Positions 12,033 to 26,459 of a stretch of DNA of 64,000 nt are shown in pieces; position 1 is the stretch's first letter; every line of letters starts with the position of its first letter. The translations under genes and the position numbers were made by a program. The notes below the pieces were generated by a model. That model saw only the letters and a list, made by a program, of their open reading frames with translations. It had not been told where the DNA came from and did not search any database. Source of the DNA: Camelus dromedarius. Taxonomy: Eukaryota. The stretch covers positions 59,832,001 through 59,896,000 of the forward strand of contig NC_087437.1 in NCBI RefSeq assembly GCF_036321535.1, given 5' to 3'.

Positions 12033-14289
12033 GTGGAATTACAGATTATTTTCAATTTCTTCTTTATGCTATTTGAAATATGTATTTTTGCAATCACAGA
12101 AATAAATTAATATACTAAAACATAAATAGTGTAATCATAAGGCATGATTATCAATATGTCCAATATATATTAATGTTATTATGTATTTATTTGTGTGGAC
12201 ACACACACACAAATGCAACTAGAAGAAAATGTGTATTTTTTAAAATACTGGTCTATCTTTTCAAAATGGACATGTATTGCTTTTAAATTAAAAACATTTC
12301 TAAAGGGATTAACTAACTTCCTCATAGCAAATACTCATTTTCTGGCAAAGCAGATCAGATTTAAGGCATTTTGCCATGACCTCAAGTTTAAGATTCTTCT
12401 CAAGGTAGCCAGGGTTACCCATTTTAATCATCTTTTTCTTAAGGCAAATCCATCAAGAGACTCCTGCCTTCCTCCTACTTCACCACAAGGTGGTTTTCTG
12501 GGTTTCCAGGTGGATTTTTAAAGCAAAAGCAAACAATCAGCTGGGAGTTTCTCTTTTCTGGTTTCTTTTTCCTGTCATTTATCTAATTGTATTTGTGCTA
12601 CATTTTCCCCGTCTCCTCTTGCCAAGTACATCTTGGAAGTCCAAGGCAAATGGCAGGCACTTTGGGTATCTGAGCAGCTTGGAAAAAATCTCAAGTCTAC
12701 TGGGATGAGTCTCTCAGGAGCCAGTTTGCATTCTCAGAGCTCCAGAGCTAGAGGAATCCCGAAAAAGGAAGATCAGCTTTAGAGATACCCGAGGACGCAA
12801 GATCACAAACCCAAAAGTTCAATCAACCCTTTGCGGCAAGGGAGGTAGCCTGAGGCAGAGCAGTCCCCCTCCTGTCAGGTAAGTGACTGAGTAAACCTCA
12901 CGTGAACAATGCTGCTGCCATGGCCCCAGATGTAAAGACCGTCTAAACCCAACAGCAAAAGCAGCCAGGGGGCCTCCCTCTGAGTCACATCCCCCAAAAG
13001 ACACTGCTGAGCCTGGACGGGAAGCTTCTGGAATTGAGTATGGAGAGAGCAGGGAACCCAGACAGGAGGTTCTGCTGTGGGACTGCGTTCTCCTGGTGAA
13101 GCGCCCTTCCTGAAGCAGGGCAGCCTCTGATCAGCCAAGCACAGGGTCTGTCAGCAGAGTCCGCACGCATCAGCGGCTCCGGGAGCCTGGGGAGGCTGAT
13201 TTGTTGAGTCAGTCCGTGCTATTTTTACCCAGTCACTTTCCAACCATAAACCCACACTTCAGAACTCATTGTTTGGGGTGGATTAAGAAATTCAACTTGG
13301 CCTTTCTTGTGGTTTAATTTCCTGCACGCCTGTATGAAGGAAAAACTTTTGCATTCCTATGGAAACAAATGACATTTTAAGCTTTTCTTGGCAGGATGGT
13401 GCTCAGATTGTTGCTGTGTTGACTGTCCTCTAAACCCTCACTGCCTAAGCAGTTAGGATTAAGCAGGAGGCCACAGCCTGCCCCTTCTCTCCTCTACCGA
13501 GGCAGGTAGATTCCCACAGGTCAGTGTTCACGGTCTGGCTACTGAAATGTAGGGTCAGGGCAAATGTGCCTTATGAATATTCCAGTCCAACATAAGGAGA
13601 TGAGGTAGCCTTTGTGCAATTCACGTAACAGTTAATTGTGACACCATCAGAGTCATTAGTGCAAAACATCCAGACACAGAGTTTGGTAACTGCTGGTGAT
13701 GGAAGTGTTGAACAGTCTTGTAACTATTCCCAAACGATTTCAAGTATAAAGCCAGGTATAACTATGTGGTCACAGAAATAATGAACACATACCAAAAGAA
13801 AGAATGTTCTTCGTCTATGCAGAAGCCAGGATAAATCTTATCTTCTTTTTAAAACACTTTCACCTCTACTTATACCTGAAGTACAGTCATGATGCCTTGA
13901 GTACAAACAAGGTCTCTAAAACCTCAGGGTCGTCCTGACTGTCAAGGAACACTACTAGCTTAGGCACAGCTGTGATCTTCTGTTCAAGGATGATGCCTTT
14001 GCCTCTTCCAAAGAAAAATCTGGAACTGCACCAAATTTTCCTTCCGTATCGAATGAGACGCTTCAGATGCTGTAATACAGATGGAAACTCAATGCTGCTA
14101 GAAGTCAGCCACTCAGGAGGAAAAATGCTCCCCCAGGAAGCTGATCGTCAGGCACTGCCCTCCCAGCCCAGGTGAAGCGCCAAGCCAGCCCCTCTGAGTG
14201 ACCGTCCCAGCGACAGCACGCACGGCCGGCGCACACAGCACAATTCTGACACCAGATGCCTTCCTGCTCATGACCGACAACTCTGCATT

Positions 14290-14590
14290 CTTTTGATCAT
14301 TCAACAAATATTTATTACCCCCCTACTGTATGCCAGGCACTGGTCTCGCCACTGCAGATACATCAGGGAAATGACAGGCAAGGGTGCTCTGCTTCTGTGT
14401 CGCCCTCAGTCTGGACAGGATGACTTCAGACAGCAGTAGGTGCTGTGAAGGAGAAAACAGTGACGGGGGCAACCTGACGCTGCCAGGGCGACTGAACCTG
14501 GGTCAACAGGGAAGGCCTTCGGAACAAGAAGCATTTGAGCTGAGACCTGCAAGATGAGGAAACAGAAATGCAAAGATCTGGGGGGAAGAG
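14290..14590. mobile_element. L2 3' fragment
   Basis: cattcaacaaatatttatt...ctactgtatgccaggcactgg, gggaaggccttc...catttgagctgagacctg. Confidence 0.75.
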
Positions 14591-14884
14591 AGGGCAAAGG
14601 GAGCCACTAGTGAAAAAGCAGAGTAAAGAAAGGAGAGGTGTGAAAGTTGCAGCCAGAGAGAGGCCAGGCCCTCTGGGGGCTTCAGGTAGGTCAAGGGAGC
14701 AGCCTGATGTGGCAGCGCCTCTGCTCTGTAGACTTGGCACCTCTCTGTGCCTCTGTCCCCGCCCAGGCATCTGGGGTGACCAGGGTGGCCATGCAGTATG
14801 CACTGAGCACCAGGCATGTGGACAGGAACAGGGAGCAGAAGACATCAAGAGGTACGTGTGAGGCATTGCATGATGTGTGTAAGT

Positions 14885-14970
14885 CAGACATTATGCTGCG
14901 CCCCTTAAACTTAAACAGTGCTCTGTGTCAATTATATTTTAATAAAATTGGAAGAAAAAAAAAACAAGAA
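14885..14970 (+). mobile_element. L1 extreme 3' end with poly(A)
   Basis: cccttaaacttaaacagtgctctgtgtcaattatattttaataaaattggaagaaaaaaaaa, an L1M-type terminus with AATAAA and A tail. Confidence 0.65.
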
Positions 14971-15329
14971 AAAGAAAATCATACACATAAATTTGCCTAC
15001 TGCCAAACAAATAAAATCATTTAATATCCAAAAAGGGGGTGTGGGGGTGGGGGAAGATGTGGAGAGGGAGAACTTTGTGACAATCTAAGGGGGAATAAGG
15101 AAGGGGGGAAACTGAAAATGAGTCCTTTGTTTCTGGCTCAGGCAACCCATCATTTGCCAGGATAAGACAGGATAGATTTGGGGAGAGGAAGACAATCAGT
15201 CCTGGGTTGCCTGTTGACTTTGACGGACCTATGGGGTCTTCAGATGGGGATTTCCAGGGCCAGTGCTGAGACTTTTTAAACACAGGTCTCAGGTGGACAT
15301 GGTGGTGAGAACATGACCAGTGCTCATCC

Positions 15330-15675
15330 ACACCCTGTTCTCCTGGCTCCTCGCAGTTGGGTGGCCCTATGACTAGTTCCTGGCTGAGGGACTGTGAGCA
15401 GAGGTAATGCGTGTAATTTCTCGGTGACAACAGTGCACAGCCCCATCCACTCCCCCTCTGTAAGCCATGTGTTCCAGAGGGCGTGGCTACAGGATGGAAG
15501 TGGTCTGGATCCCTGGGTTGTTGCTTGAAAGGAAGTTGTCCTAGAGAGCTGCTACACCCAGAGTGAAATTTGCTTGGGAGAAAAAAAAAAAAAAAACTAT
15601 GTATTAAGGCACTGAGACTTGCAGGCACGTTTGTTGCTGCAGCCCAGTCTAGCCTAGCTGTGTCAGCACAGTGTA
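15330..15675. mobile_element. MaLR LTR (MLT1-type) fragment
   Basis: gtggccctatgactagttcctggc...gtgagcagaggtaatg and taaggcactgagacttg...tttgttgctgcagcccagtctagcct. Confidence 0.65.
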
Positions 15676-18600
15676 CAGTGTACCAGCAGTAGCTGAAGTC
15701 AAGCCACGGATCAGGTGAGCACACGCAGTCTTTTATCTGCCCACAGAGCTACAGGGAGAAGAGGCATCCCTGCCCTCCTCTAGGGTGCATATCACAATCT
15801 TGGGCGGGGGGGAGGGGGGCGGTGCGTGCTATATAGATTGTTTAAATCCCCTCCAGGTAATTCTGATACCTCCGTGTTCATCCACCCCCATGATCTGAGA
15901 ATAACTGGGATGAAATGAGGAGAGAAGCAGATCCTGAATATGAATCCCATTTCTGTTACTCAGTCTCAAACACAGCAACTTGTGAACCATCGGCGTGCAC
16001 CACCTCTCTGATACACCGGTATTGTTTGATTGATTTATCACATCTATTAAGCTCCCCTGGCTTCTCCAGTCCCTCACATTTGAAGTACCGATGCTGAGGA
16101 GGCTGGAGAACTGCAGAAGACTGACGTTCATCTGTGTCTCCCACAGCAGCCTATGGGCGCTAACTCCCTTATGCTCACCTAGGGACTCTGAACACGCAAA
16201 AGGCAGAAGTTTGGGGCTGGAACTGACCATGTGAATAGCTCCGTCAGAAGATACAAAATCACTGTTCCCATAGCAACACTCCTTAACACATGCTTATCGG
16301 GTCTGCTGAAATGTGACGTTAGACGTAGGACATGGCCAGCTACTCAGAACCAATGGGAAGGAGCTCGCAAACCCCAGTCTGGGAACCGACTCCCCAGGCC
16401 TGCTGACACAGCTGACGTCCCCTCTCCAGCACATCAGGGCCCACTTGCCACCTCCTCTCTCTGGGCTTTCACACCAGCACGACCAGCCAGGAGTTCCTCC
16501 CCTGGGACAGGGCGCAGCCCTGCTTGTGATGGCTCTGCCCCTTCCTCAGGCTTGAGCATGTGTCCTCCAGCCAAACTCCTCATCCGCGTGTAGACATCCC
16601 TGGCTGTCCACGCAGAAGACTTGCTCCCTTACAGTATTTGTTTCCATAATTCTACCGTATGTGCGTGGAATGAACCAAGCGTTCACTCATCTGTGATGCG
16701 CGGCAAGCAACAGCCCCTCAGCGGCACATGCTATGTCACACCGTCCTTTTATCCCCGAGGGGGAAACAGGATCTGAAGACAGGCTTCGACCCCAAGATGA
16801 CCCCAAATGAGCAAATCCAAGACACTCTCTTCAGATGTCCTCTGTTCAGTGTTTCCACCAAGGACTTGTTAGAAGATTGAGAAACAGACCCACCGGGCTC
16901 GCCCAGGTCAGGAAGTAGAGAGACAGGATGGTCATGCGACTATTTTTTGATATTTCACTGCTGCCAATTTTCAGGCCTCATGCCTCCTCTTGCCCACACC
17001 TGGGCAAGCTGTCAAGAAAGCTTTGATGCCGGCAGAATGTTCAAACCATGCAAGCCCCATCCCGCTCAGAACCCTCACCCCAACCCCACCCACAGCCACC
17101 ATAAAAGCCCCACGCTGGTCTCCTTTCCCTATTCTCACAAGTCACTTTCAGACCAGTCTGGGAAGTCTGCCCTGCTCTCTCCAGGATGTCTCATTATGTG
17201 ATCCCAAATTGGGGGGGGGGGTGTCTATTCTGGTGCAGCAGGGTAGCCACAACAAAGGGGATACACAGGGATTTGCTGTGCCTGCAAGCACTGCATCTCC
17301 AGTAGGACACAGCCACGGACTGAGAACCCGAGTGCAGCTATATCACATGCCAAGGGGGTGCTGTCACCTGCTCTGTACTCAGCCTGTGCCCATCCATCTT
17401 GCAGGGCCCACCTCTGAAGTACTTTGTTCACCGCTGGTCCCCGTATGTGAAGAGGGCAGAGACCCACTGCAGCAGGCCCAGAAGCCAGCATCTGGACCGT
17501 GAGCAGTCTCGAAATGTTTCCTGCAGGGAACACACGAGGAAACCAGGGCCGTTTCCCCTGATTAAAAGCTGCCTTTGAATTCCTGAAAGAAAGGAACCAG
17601 GCTTCTTCACTGAGGTCAGGAGTTGGTATACACATCAACAGATAAAAGCAGGTTTTGGACAATGTCAGAAAGAATTTACTAAAACCAAAACATGTCTGCA
17701 GATGAAAGAGTATGCTTCTGGCGGCGGCAGCTCCCTGGTGTCAGGAGTCCGAGCAGGTTGCGCGAGACCACCTCACGCTCCGGAGATGCCACAGGAGAGA
17801 CTCCAGGACTGATGAAGGCATCGCACCTTCGAGTTTTTTTCCAACCCTGAAATCCTCTAACCCAATGCAGCCACTCCATTAAAAACTGTAATGTTCAACA
17901 GTCTGACCAGAAAAGGATATGGAAGTTTGAGGTCTGGTTTGCAGTCACGTCCGATTTAAACCCATCCTGAATCCCGGCCAAGAATTAACAAGCTGAAGAG
18001 ATCTCTGTGTGCATGTGTGTGCTCATGGGAATGGGTGAGGGCTGGGGAGAAACCGTGATGAGACACAAACCCCAGACTGGATACCGGTAGGTTACAAATT
18101 CAGAATCGATCCCAAGAAACAGAAAGAAACCAGCCCGACGTGCCCAGAGGAAAGAAAGCAGTCTCTGAATGGGGACTCCGTTTCATCCTTCCCGTGAGGC
18201 AGACACTACAAGGTGATTCCCCCAATTTCATACCGAATAATAAAGATGTGGCACAAATTTTAAAGCAAGCCGTAACTACCAAATGATGTCCTAAGTGTGG
18301 CTTCTGTCCCAGGAAGCCCGTGCCTGCACCCCCATGCCGTGTGACTGGTGTGCGCTCCCCGCATGGCACCTCGTTTTCCCCTCCCTCCTGCCCGTCTGCC
18401 TCACACACAGGCAGCCCCAGGCCAGGAGAGAACAGGACAGAGGTGAAGTGGAGTGATGGAGCCATGGGTGAGGAACACAGAACTCCGAGCGGCACCAAGG
18501 AGTGCCCTGTGGCTCCAGGGAGAGCACTCTCAACCTTGCAGAGGAAGGAGGGGAACAGAAGAGGTGCGGGGCGGGGAGATGGACACACAGCGCACCTGGG

Positions 18601-21600
18601 AGTGTCTGGCTCTGATGGGCACGGGTTCATTTCTAACTCCAGATCCCCAGATCTGCACTGAAGCAGGGGGAGGGAGTGGCATAGACCTCTCAGGAACCAG
18701 AGAGGTCACTGCCACCCTGGAGACCTGGCTGGTCAGGGCCAAGAAGGTTCGGGGATGATTTATCCCTCCGCCTGCCTGGTGCTCAAAACTTATTTCCCTT
18801 GGCTGGTGCCTCCCCTGATTCTCAAGCCATTTCCTGTTGCTTTTCTCATTTCTTCATTCCCTTCTGAACAATGTACTGTTCCTTTTTCTTTCTATGGGGG
18901 CTGTATTCCTCTTCCTGGCTCTGTAGCCCTTGGAAACAAGCAAACAAACAGATAAGGGTCAGCCTCTGGGGACACCCCCGTAGCCCCTCCCAGCCTCAGA
19001 GCAAGATGCGGCCCTGTCTGGCCAAGGGGACCTGGCGGCAACAGTGGCCGGAGCAGCCATCGCCACTGCAAACGTGACCGAGCTCATGCCAAGAGCAGAC
19101 TGAAAAGGCAGCCACCGCTCCTCAACCTACAACTGCACCCCACCCCACAAGTGCACATCTTTGAGACAGGTGCCCCTTAGGAGAAACTACAAGAACCTAT
19201 TGCTAACACAGGATTTTGTTCATAAAAGGTTTTCAAAGACCAAGTGGTGTAAGGCCTTTAGCTGTAAAAAAGTAAGGGACGTGGCTCATCCCTGCTTGGC
19301 TAACAAGGTTTGACCACAAACCAAAATATAAAATGCCCAACTGATTCCAAAGAATTAGGTTTAGACAAAAGTCTTGGGCTGAAGGTCATCGGGGGTGAGA
19401 GAGACGTGGTTAAGCAGTGGCAGAGGCCTCCCCAGGGCAGTGAACAAAGCCCATCTAGGGGCCAGGAATCTATAACTTAGAGCCCATTTTCTCTAATGAA
19501 AGAGAAATTAAAGTGTTCATTCATTTATTTCAAAAGTCAGTGCCTGGGAAGGCTTGACCTCCCCCACCACCCCGAGGAGGACAGCTCTGTGCAGGAGGCA
19601 CCGTCCCTCCGCACTGGCTGCCAGGCTGAAGGGCTGCTTCTGTAACTAGGCCTGTCTTTATGCCTTTTTCTGAGAACTAAGCTTTCATTTTCTCTGTATT
19701 TACTCCCTGGCCTTGAGTCTGTTGGCTTTTTTTTTTAACTTCGTGTTATTTTAGTAAGCACCTCAAACGCTCTGAGGGGGTTAAGCAGGACGATGGTAAT
19801 AAATGTCAATGATAACAGTACATCATCATTGCTTGTACGCTTACCACGTGCTTGACACTCTCACGGACACCCATGTGCTTGTCACAACAGCTCTGGGGAT
19901 AGATTTGTTATTATCCTCACTTCACAGAGGAGGACATCTGGGCCCGGAGTGGTCACATGCACACACATGGTATCTGGCAGACCTAGGGTTTGAAGCAGCC
20001 TACACAGGCCATACCCTGACCTACTGCACTACACATGGAAACATGAGGGGAGACAGGTAAATTGTCTAGTTAACTCACAGACAAAGGGTAAGCTCTCAGG
20101 CGAAATTCTGAAGTTAGTTCCAAATGAGCTGCAGTATTTTTCTTGATGGCCCCAGTCTCCCAAGATCTCCAGTGAAATATGCTACTACAAACACACTTTC
20201 TCCCTCAAGAGACATCCCACCTCTCCAGGCCAATTCCAGATCAATATGACTAAAAACTGCCATTTGCTGAGGTCCTGCCTTGTGCCAGACACTGGGAAGG
20301 GGACATTAATTAATGAATCTCTAGCCTCTGATTCTTAGCTGTCATCTTTCCAAATATCGTGTCAGCCACTCACCCAGAGGTGTGCTTAGGGGCAAGTCAC
20401 TAACCTCTCAGTGCTGGACTTTTCCACCTTTAAGATGGGAGAACTATAGTACCTGCTTTCTTACGTCCTCTGGTGGCTGGGGGGATGAGGCTGAGCACTC
20501 ACAAAGCACTTAGAACAGAAGCTAGCATCTAGTTACTGCTTAATTAATGTCAGGTACTGCTGCTGATGCCACCATTATCTGACAGGGACAACTGCATAAA
20601 GCAACCACTTTATCTATCGAAGCAGTAGCAGTAGCTTTTGCTTTACAAGGGACTAGAGCATAGCATCTCCATTCTAAAGGCTCTAAGTCTCAAATCACTC
20701 TCCAGATAAATCAAACAGCCCTGTACGCAAGTGGCCAAGCCTCAGGCCACAGAGCCAGACCCACTAGGCGAGTAGGGTGTTACTCCCACGGCCAAAACTT
20801 ATAAACAGTTCTGCAGAGGGGAAAACATCCTGCTTGTTTTTCATTCTCCTTCCTCCTCCTGGAAACCTAGCAATAAGCCAAGGTCTGCTTTCACCATCAA
20901 GAGCTGAAGATAATATGAAAAGTCTTGGTGGGAGGAAGGAAATTAAAAAAACAAAAGACTTTACATTTTTCATCCCTTTATGTGAAATCTATTTTTTCTC
21001 CCAACAATAACAACCACCACCTCTCGATAAAAGGTCAGAATTTAAACCATTAAGTTGGGGCTGCCAAAACAACTCCCTAAACCCAAAAAGATTTACTGAG
21101 AACTTGTTAATGTGCTTGGTGCTAAAGCACGTACGTACCAAGAATGAAAGGACTTCCCCGTCCAGAGAGACAGCAGGAAAAGCAACCATGTTCCTGAAGT
21201 TTACATCATATTTTCATTTACCTCATCTCCTTTCTTTTCTATAAAACCCTTGAAGTACATATTATTATCCTCATTTTAGAAATCAAGAAACCAAGGCTCA
21301 GGCATGACAAATAAACGACGATGTTCACACAACCAGTGTGCAGCAAAGCCAGGCCGAGGTTCAGATCTGGGAACTCTAACTCATCACTCCTCTCCACCAA
21401 CTGTCTACCTTCTCCTTGAACTCCTGGACTCAGACTGGGATTGGCCTGCTCACGGGCTCTCTGGGAAACTGGTTTCCACCTGCTGCAGCCACTGAAGAAG
21501 GTCAACTTATTTCCAGGAATCCAGGGGACTCAAATCCCTCCAGACTGGGGTCACGGCTCTGCTATGGCTGTAAACAAGGAAGTGAAATTGCCCAGAACCT

Positions 21601-22914
21601 GACTATTACCCCAGTCCAGGAAGAAGGTATTTTGGAACCAACTCAGATCATAGCCCTCAAAACCCCAAGGCTTGAAGGGAACTAGTGTGAGGGCTGAACG
21701 GCCAGGAAAAGCCTGAAGGCCTGAGATTTCCCAGAGTCAGAGAGCTCTGTGATCTACTCAGTGGCCCCAGGCCATCTGGGAGGCACCTCATTTTGAGAAG
21801 CACCATCCTAAAAATTCTGTAATGAAACTTTTCTGTTAGAAGACAGGCCTGAGTTTATCATCTACAAAGGGGGATAAGGGGGAAAACAAAGACCAAAAAC
21901 CAATGGTCTCGTTTGTGCAACACACCCTGGCATATAGAAATGCATTCGTGATCGCCCACGAGGTCCACCACGGACAAACAGAGCAAGACACACAGACGAG
22001 CCCTGCACCGAGGCCACCTGTGTAGAACCCTATCTGGGTTTTTATTAATGGTGAGTTAATTCAGTGCAAAGGAACAACGGACAAGCTTGGTGGTTGCTTC
22101 ATTTCTACAATGTCAGACTACACGAAGTTTTCAGATAACACCTTCTAAAAAATGCTAAGTATAGAATGAAGAATGGTCATTAGCACCATGTGTGGAGCCC
22201 CCTACACTTCCACTGATTTCCTTTTGGATTTCAAACTGTCGAACACCACTGGATCATAACAAGGGGCCAACAGAGTAGCACCCATCATTCCTGCCTTTGC
22301 CTTTAAACTGAAAACATGACTAAAATCCCAATTCCCCTCAGTAGCTATCACCATACACTTAGGGCACCTTAAGAAATGGCCTCCTAATTCTGGAAGTTTA
22401 GGAAAATCCTCAAAATGATTCAGAACACTCCTCCCCCACCCCCTCTCCAACCTCATGAAACCCAGTGAGTCTATCTGATCTAGGTCTCCTTACCCAGAAA
22501 CAAGGTTACTCCCTCCTCAGGTCTCACTGGGCAGTCAACACAACCCCTCCCACTCCCAGTCTATAAAGCCTCCAGTATTCAAAGTAGCATAAACACTGTG
22601 GACCGAGAAAATATTCAGGGGAAACTACCAGTCCTGAAGGACGTGTCTATACTTCAGATAAGAAGAAAATCTGAAGCTCCCCCCTCATGTCAAATCATTC
22701 TTATCTTTACCAAGAAAATGGACCACATTAAAAAGAAGAGTTTTACACTTTATTCCTGTATCTTGAACGATCCCATCGGTTTCATTTTCCCAAATGCTGG
22801 GTATGTTGTAGAGCTCACTGCACAAACCAGGAGCGGCAACGAGGAGGGCTCAGTGTCCCTTCTGGCTACCCTTCCCCAGAGCAGCGACAGCGCCACAGGT
22901 GACTTCAATCCAAT

Positions 22915-22990
22915 TAAAGAAAAAAGAAAGAAAGAAAAGAGAGGAGAAGGAGAGAAAAGGAGAAAAGGGAAAAGGAACAAAAGGACAGGG
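22915..22990 (+). repeat. Purine-rich low-complexity tract
   Basis: aaagaaaaaagaaagaaagaaaagagaggagaaggagagaaaaggagaaaagggaaaagg. Confidence 0.85.
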
Positions 22991-24129
22991 CATACCGGAG
23001 CACTGGGAAGAGAGCACTGTTCTGGGAAACACAGAACAGGCAGGACTCGGGAAGGCTCCCAGTCTCAGAACTCAGAAGAATGAAGAATGGAAAAAGCAGC
23101 TTGGTTGGGGAATGTTCCATCACGATAATGTGATTAGTGGAACACGAAACTCTGAGCAGATGTGCGGGGAAACAGGGAGGAATGGCGGCACTGGAGGGAC
23201 ACTCCCCAGAAGCAGCACATGCGTTCAGAAGCACCTGAGCAGAACCCCAGCCGCTGGTATCTTTGTTTGGGTCCTGCTTCTGTGGCAAAGCTGTGGTCTA
23301 GGTGAGAAGGGGGAGGTAATCTGTTTTTTTCACTTTGATGTCTGAAGTCCCTGAATGACCATGGGTAATGGGATCAATTTGTGCTGATTTATACAAATCA
23401 GCTTTCTGACTTTAGAGCTGTGGCACAAATTATTCTAGCCCTCCACCCTGAGGACGTGGAGTTGCCAGGACCGGGCTAACCTGGCCTGGGACAGGTTCAC
23501 CCACTTTCCAGTGCTGAGGGATGCAGTGGGGACAGTGGCTTCAGTATCTCCCTTCAGGTCCTTCCTGAATGTGAAAAGTGAGCCCTGACTCTTATGTCTC
23601 TCACAGGGGGTTCACATATCCCCCTCTGCACCTGGACACCCTTCTCTCCTTTCACAAGCCCAGAAGCCCCTCCTGCCCCTCTTCCCTCCTCGCCTCAGTT
23701 GCTTTCATTCAGATCTGGAACATCTTTATTTTCCTATGATGGCCTTCTCCTCCCTGAGACTCCAGCTCTGAAGACTTCAGACAAGAGCTTCCCAGCTCCA
23801 CCACCCTTGTGACACCTGCCCCGAGTGCTAAACTTCCCCTCTCACTTAAAAGTCCCCAGCCACTGCCCTCCTAAGTGCCTGGACCGGCTTCCTCAGCTAC
23901 CTTCTGGTGCACTCGAAGCTTCCTTGGAACTTGAAAACCACCGCAGAGCTGCTCCCTAGACTATGTCATCGTCCTTCAAAACCTTACAACAACGGCCTGG
24001 ACCACATGCCGCAAACAGAACTCTTCACTGGGCTTTGATGTGCTCCATGGGGATCCTCAAATCCAAACCCCTCTCCGGTCCATCCCACAGAAGAATGCAC
24101 GAAAAAGCACTTAAGTCACTAGATGAAAA

Positions 24130-24692
24130 TGCAAACCATGTTACTCCCTTGCTTAAAACTCCATCAATGGTTACAAATCCCACTGTCCCCAGGATAAAGT
24201 CCCCAGTTCTCAATCCCGCATGACCTGGCCCTGCCCACCCTTCCAGCCCTGGTCTGCAGTTCACTGGGCTCCAGCAACACAGGTTAGGCCTCCGTGTCTA
24301 GGGAGCATCAAGTTCCTTCCACTCCAAAGCGCTGATTTCCGCTACGCTTTCAGGCTGTACCTGTCTCACTCTGCTTCCTGGCCCAACTAAGTCCCACCCC
24401 TCCATCAGTCTCAACTGAATTGTCTCTCTCTCTCAAGGAAGCTTTTCCTAACAGCACCTCCCACACCCCCTCCCCCCAAATCCCCACTAATACAGCACCT
24501 GCAACTCTGTCACCACCCTAATCACAACTACAATTAATTAACCACCTGCTCAATTATTTCATTAATGTCCATTTGCACTGTACACTCCACAGGGACAAAG
24601 GCCACATCTGTTTTTGTAACCCCTGTATCCCTAGCACTTAGGGCAGGATTTGGCTCGCAGTTGGAATTCAATAAATCTTTGCTGAATGAATG
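24130..24692. mobile_element. L2 3' fragment
   Basis: catgttactcccttgcttaaaactccatcaatgg, aggataaagtccc, ending ctgtatccctagcacttag...caataaatctttgctgaatgaatga. Confidence 0.8.
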
Positions 24693-26459
24693 AGGGAATG
24701 AAATCCTGGTGACAATGCCACCATTCACCTGAATCCCCTTACTGACAATACTGGCTGAAGGTTTGCTTCTGATTCCCTCAACTGTCTCTACTGTGTTCTT
24801 TCAATATCTTCCCCATAGGCATTACCCCATTTTCTTTTTCCAGGAAATTTCCAATTATCCATGTTGCACTATAAGGGACCACAAAAATATAGTCAATCAA
24901 TCAGAGAGGCAATCTCCCCCAATATCCCGAGCTAATGTTTACTGGAGTGACTTAACTCAAGAGCTGCAACACACAGGAAAACGAAATGAGATTCCACCTC
25001 TGGAAACTATTCCACCACGCTTCTTTGATTTTAATTGCATTGCATGCAAACTGAAGTTGAATCCTAGTTGGCTGAAACTTTTTTTCATTTGTAGCCAGAA
25101 CTGAATGATGCAGGCTGCATTCCAGTGAACATGCTTTTAATATTATGGGAAGACTTGGGGCCAAGGACATGTCTGGATGTGATTAGCAAAGCTGTGCACT
25201 TGTAAATTAGATGAATGCCAGGAAATATTTAAAAATTCCCTTTCTTACTAAACACTTCAAAGATGTGTCCTTATTATCAACCTCCCCACTCCCAATTTAA
25301 AAAAAAAAAGGCAAATTCTTTCTCCCTGAAAAAGGGCCTGCTGAAGAAAGTCACTGTGATACTAAATGCATCCCAAGCACATGAGTTCAACTAGTACTTC
25401 GATTAGTTTCCTTGGCTCTAAATTTAGATGTAAGAGTAAACCGCTGACTCTAGGAAAGGTTTGATCCCAGAGATACCACTTCTAGACAGGAAGAAAGTCC
25501 ATGGGACAATTAAATTAGCGTACCTCCCAAAGGCATAGTTAATAGAAATAGTCTCCAGCCAGCTAGCTACAAATGTGGGATTTGCCCTTTACTCCTTGGG
25601 GAAGGAAATCCAGGAAGCGAGGCTGAAACAATCCTCTGTGCTGGCTGGAGAAGACTGTGGGGTGGCGGGACCACAGGGACGTGCATTCCAGCAACAGCTA
25701 GATCTGATCTGCAAACTTTCTTCTGCAGTTTCCTCTCATTCCCTACGCTGGGCAGACAATGACGTAAGGTATGCTGGTCCCAGGGAACTGTCCAGAAACC
25801 CAGACTCCTGCAAAGGTCCCGGTGAGGTGAGCTCTGCCACACACTTTCCAGACTAAGGGCCAAAGATGCCTCCTGGCTACACGTGGTCTCCTCGACTTTA
25901 GATCCTGAGGAATCTGAGGCCCAGATTGCCAGCCAGCACTAGGTTATCATAGGGGCCCACCCAGCTCAAGGTTCAACAGCTAAAACTGCTTGTTCCCATT
26001 TCTGTCCAATGTGTGTATCTCAGAATCATAGAATCTAGGGGCTGAAGGGGCAAAATTTCTTCCAATCCTCACTCCATCAAGCACTTACTCAAATATCTTG
26101 TGATTTAACTTGTCAGAGACATCTCAGAACCAGGAGGGGCAGCCTGGTAGAACAGCATCAGACTGGCATAGGTTCAAGCTGTGCTCTAACTTTCACCAGG
26201 TGCATGATCTTGAGTCACTTCATGTCTCTGAGCCTTACTTTCCTTACACAGTGACAGTAAGTAATAAGTATGCTCACACCCATTAAGCACTTAGTATGTA
26301 CCAGTCACTCTGCTGAGTACTTTCACTGATTAGGTAATTCAAAACTCCCTAGAACCGCGTAAGTTGAAAACTACTTTATTCTCATTTCACATGAGAAACC
26401 CGGACCTAGAACATATGTGACTTGCCCACTAAGCTATGCAGACACAGGGGCAACCTCTA

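Noticed and set aside
15017..15724. 235-aa minus-strand ORF
   Set aside because: Runs through an MLT1 LTR and a poly(A) tract; no protein-like features.
22598..23345. Lys/Glu/Arg-rich ORFs
   Set aside because: Produced by a purine-rich low-complexity tract.
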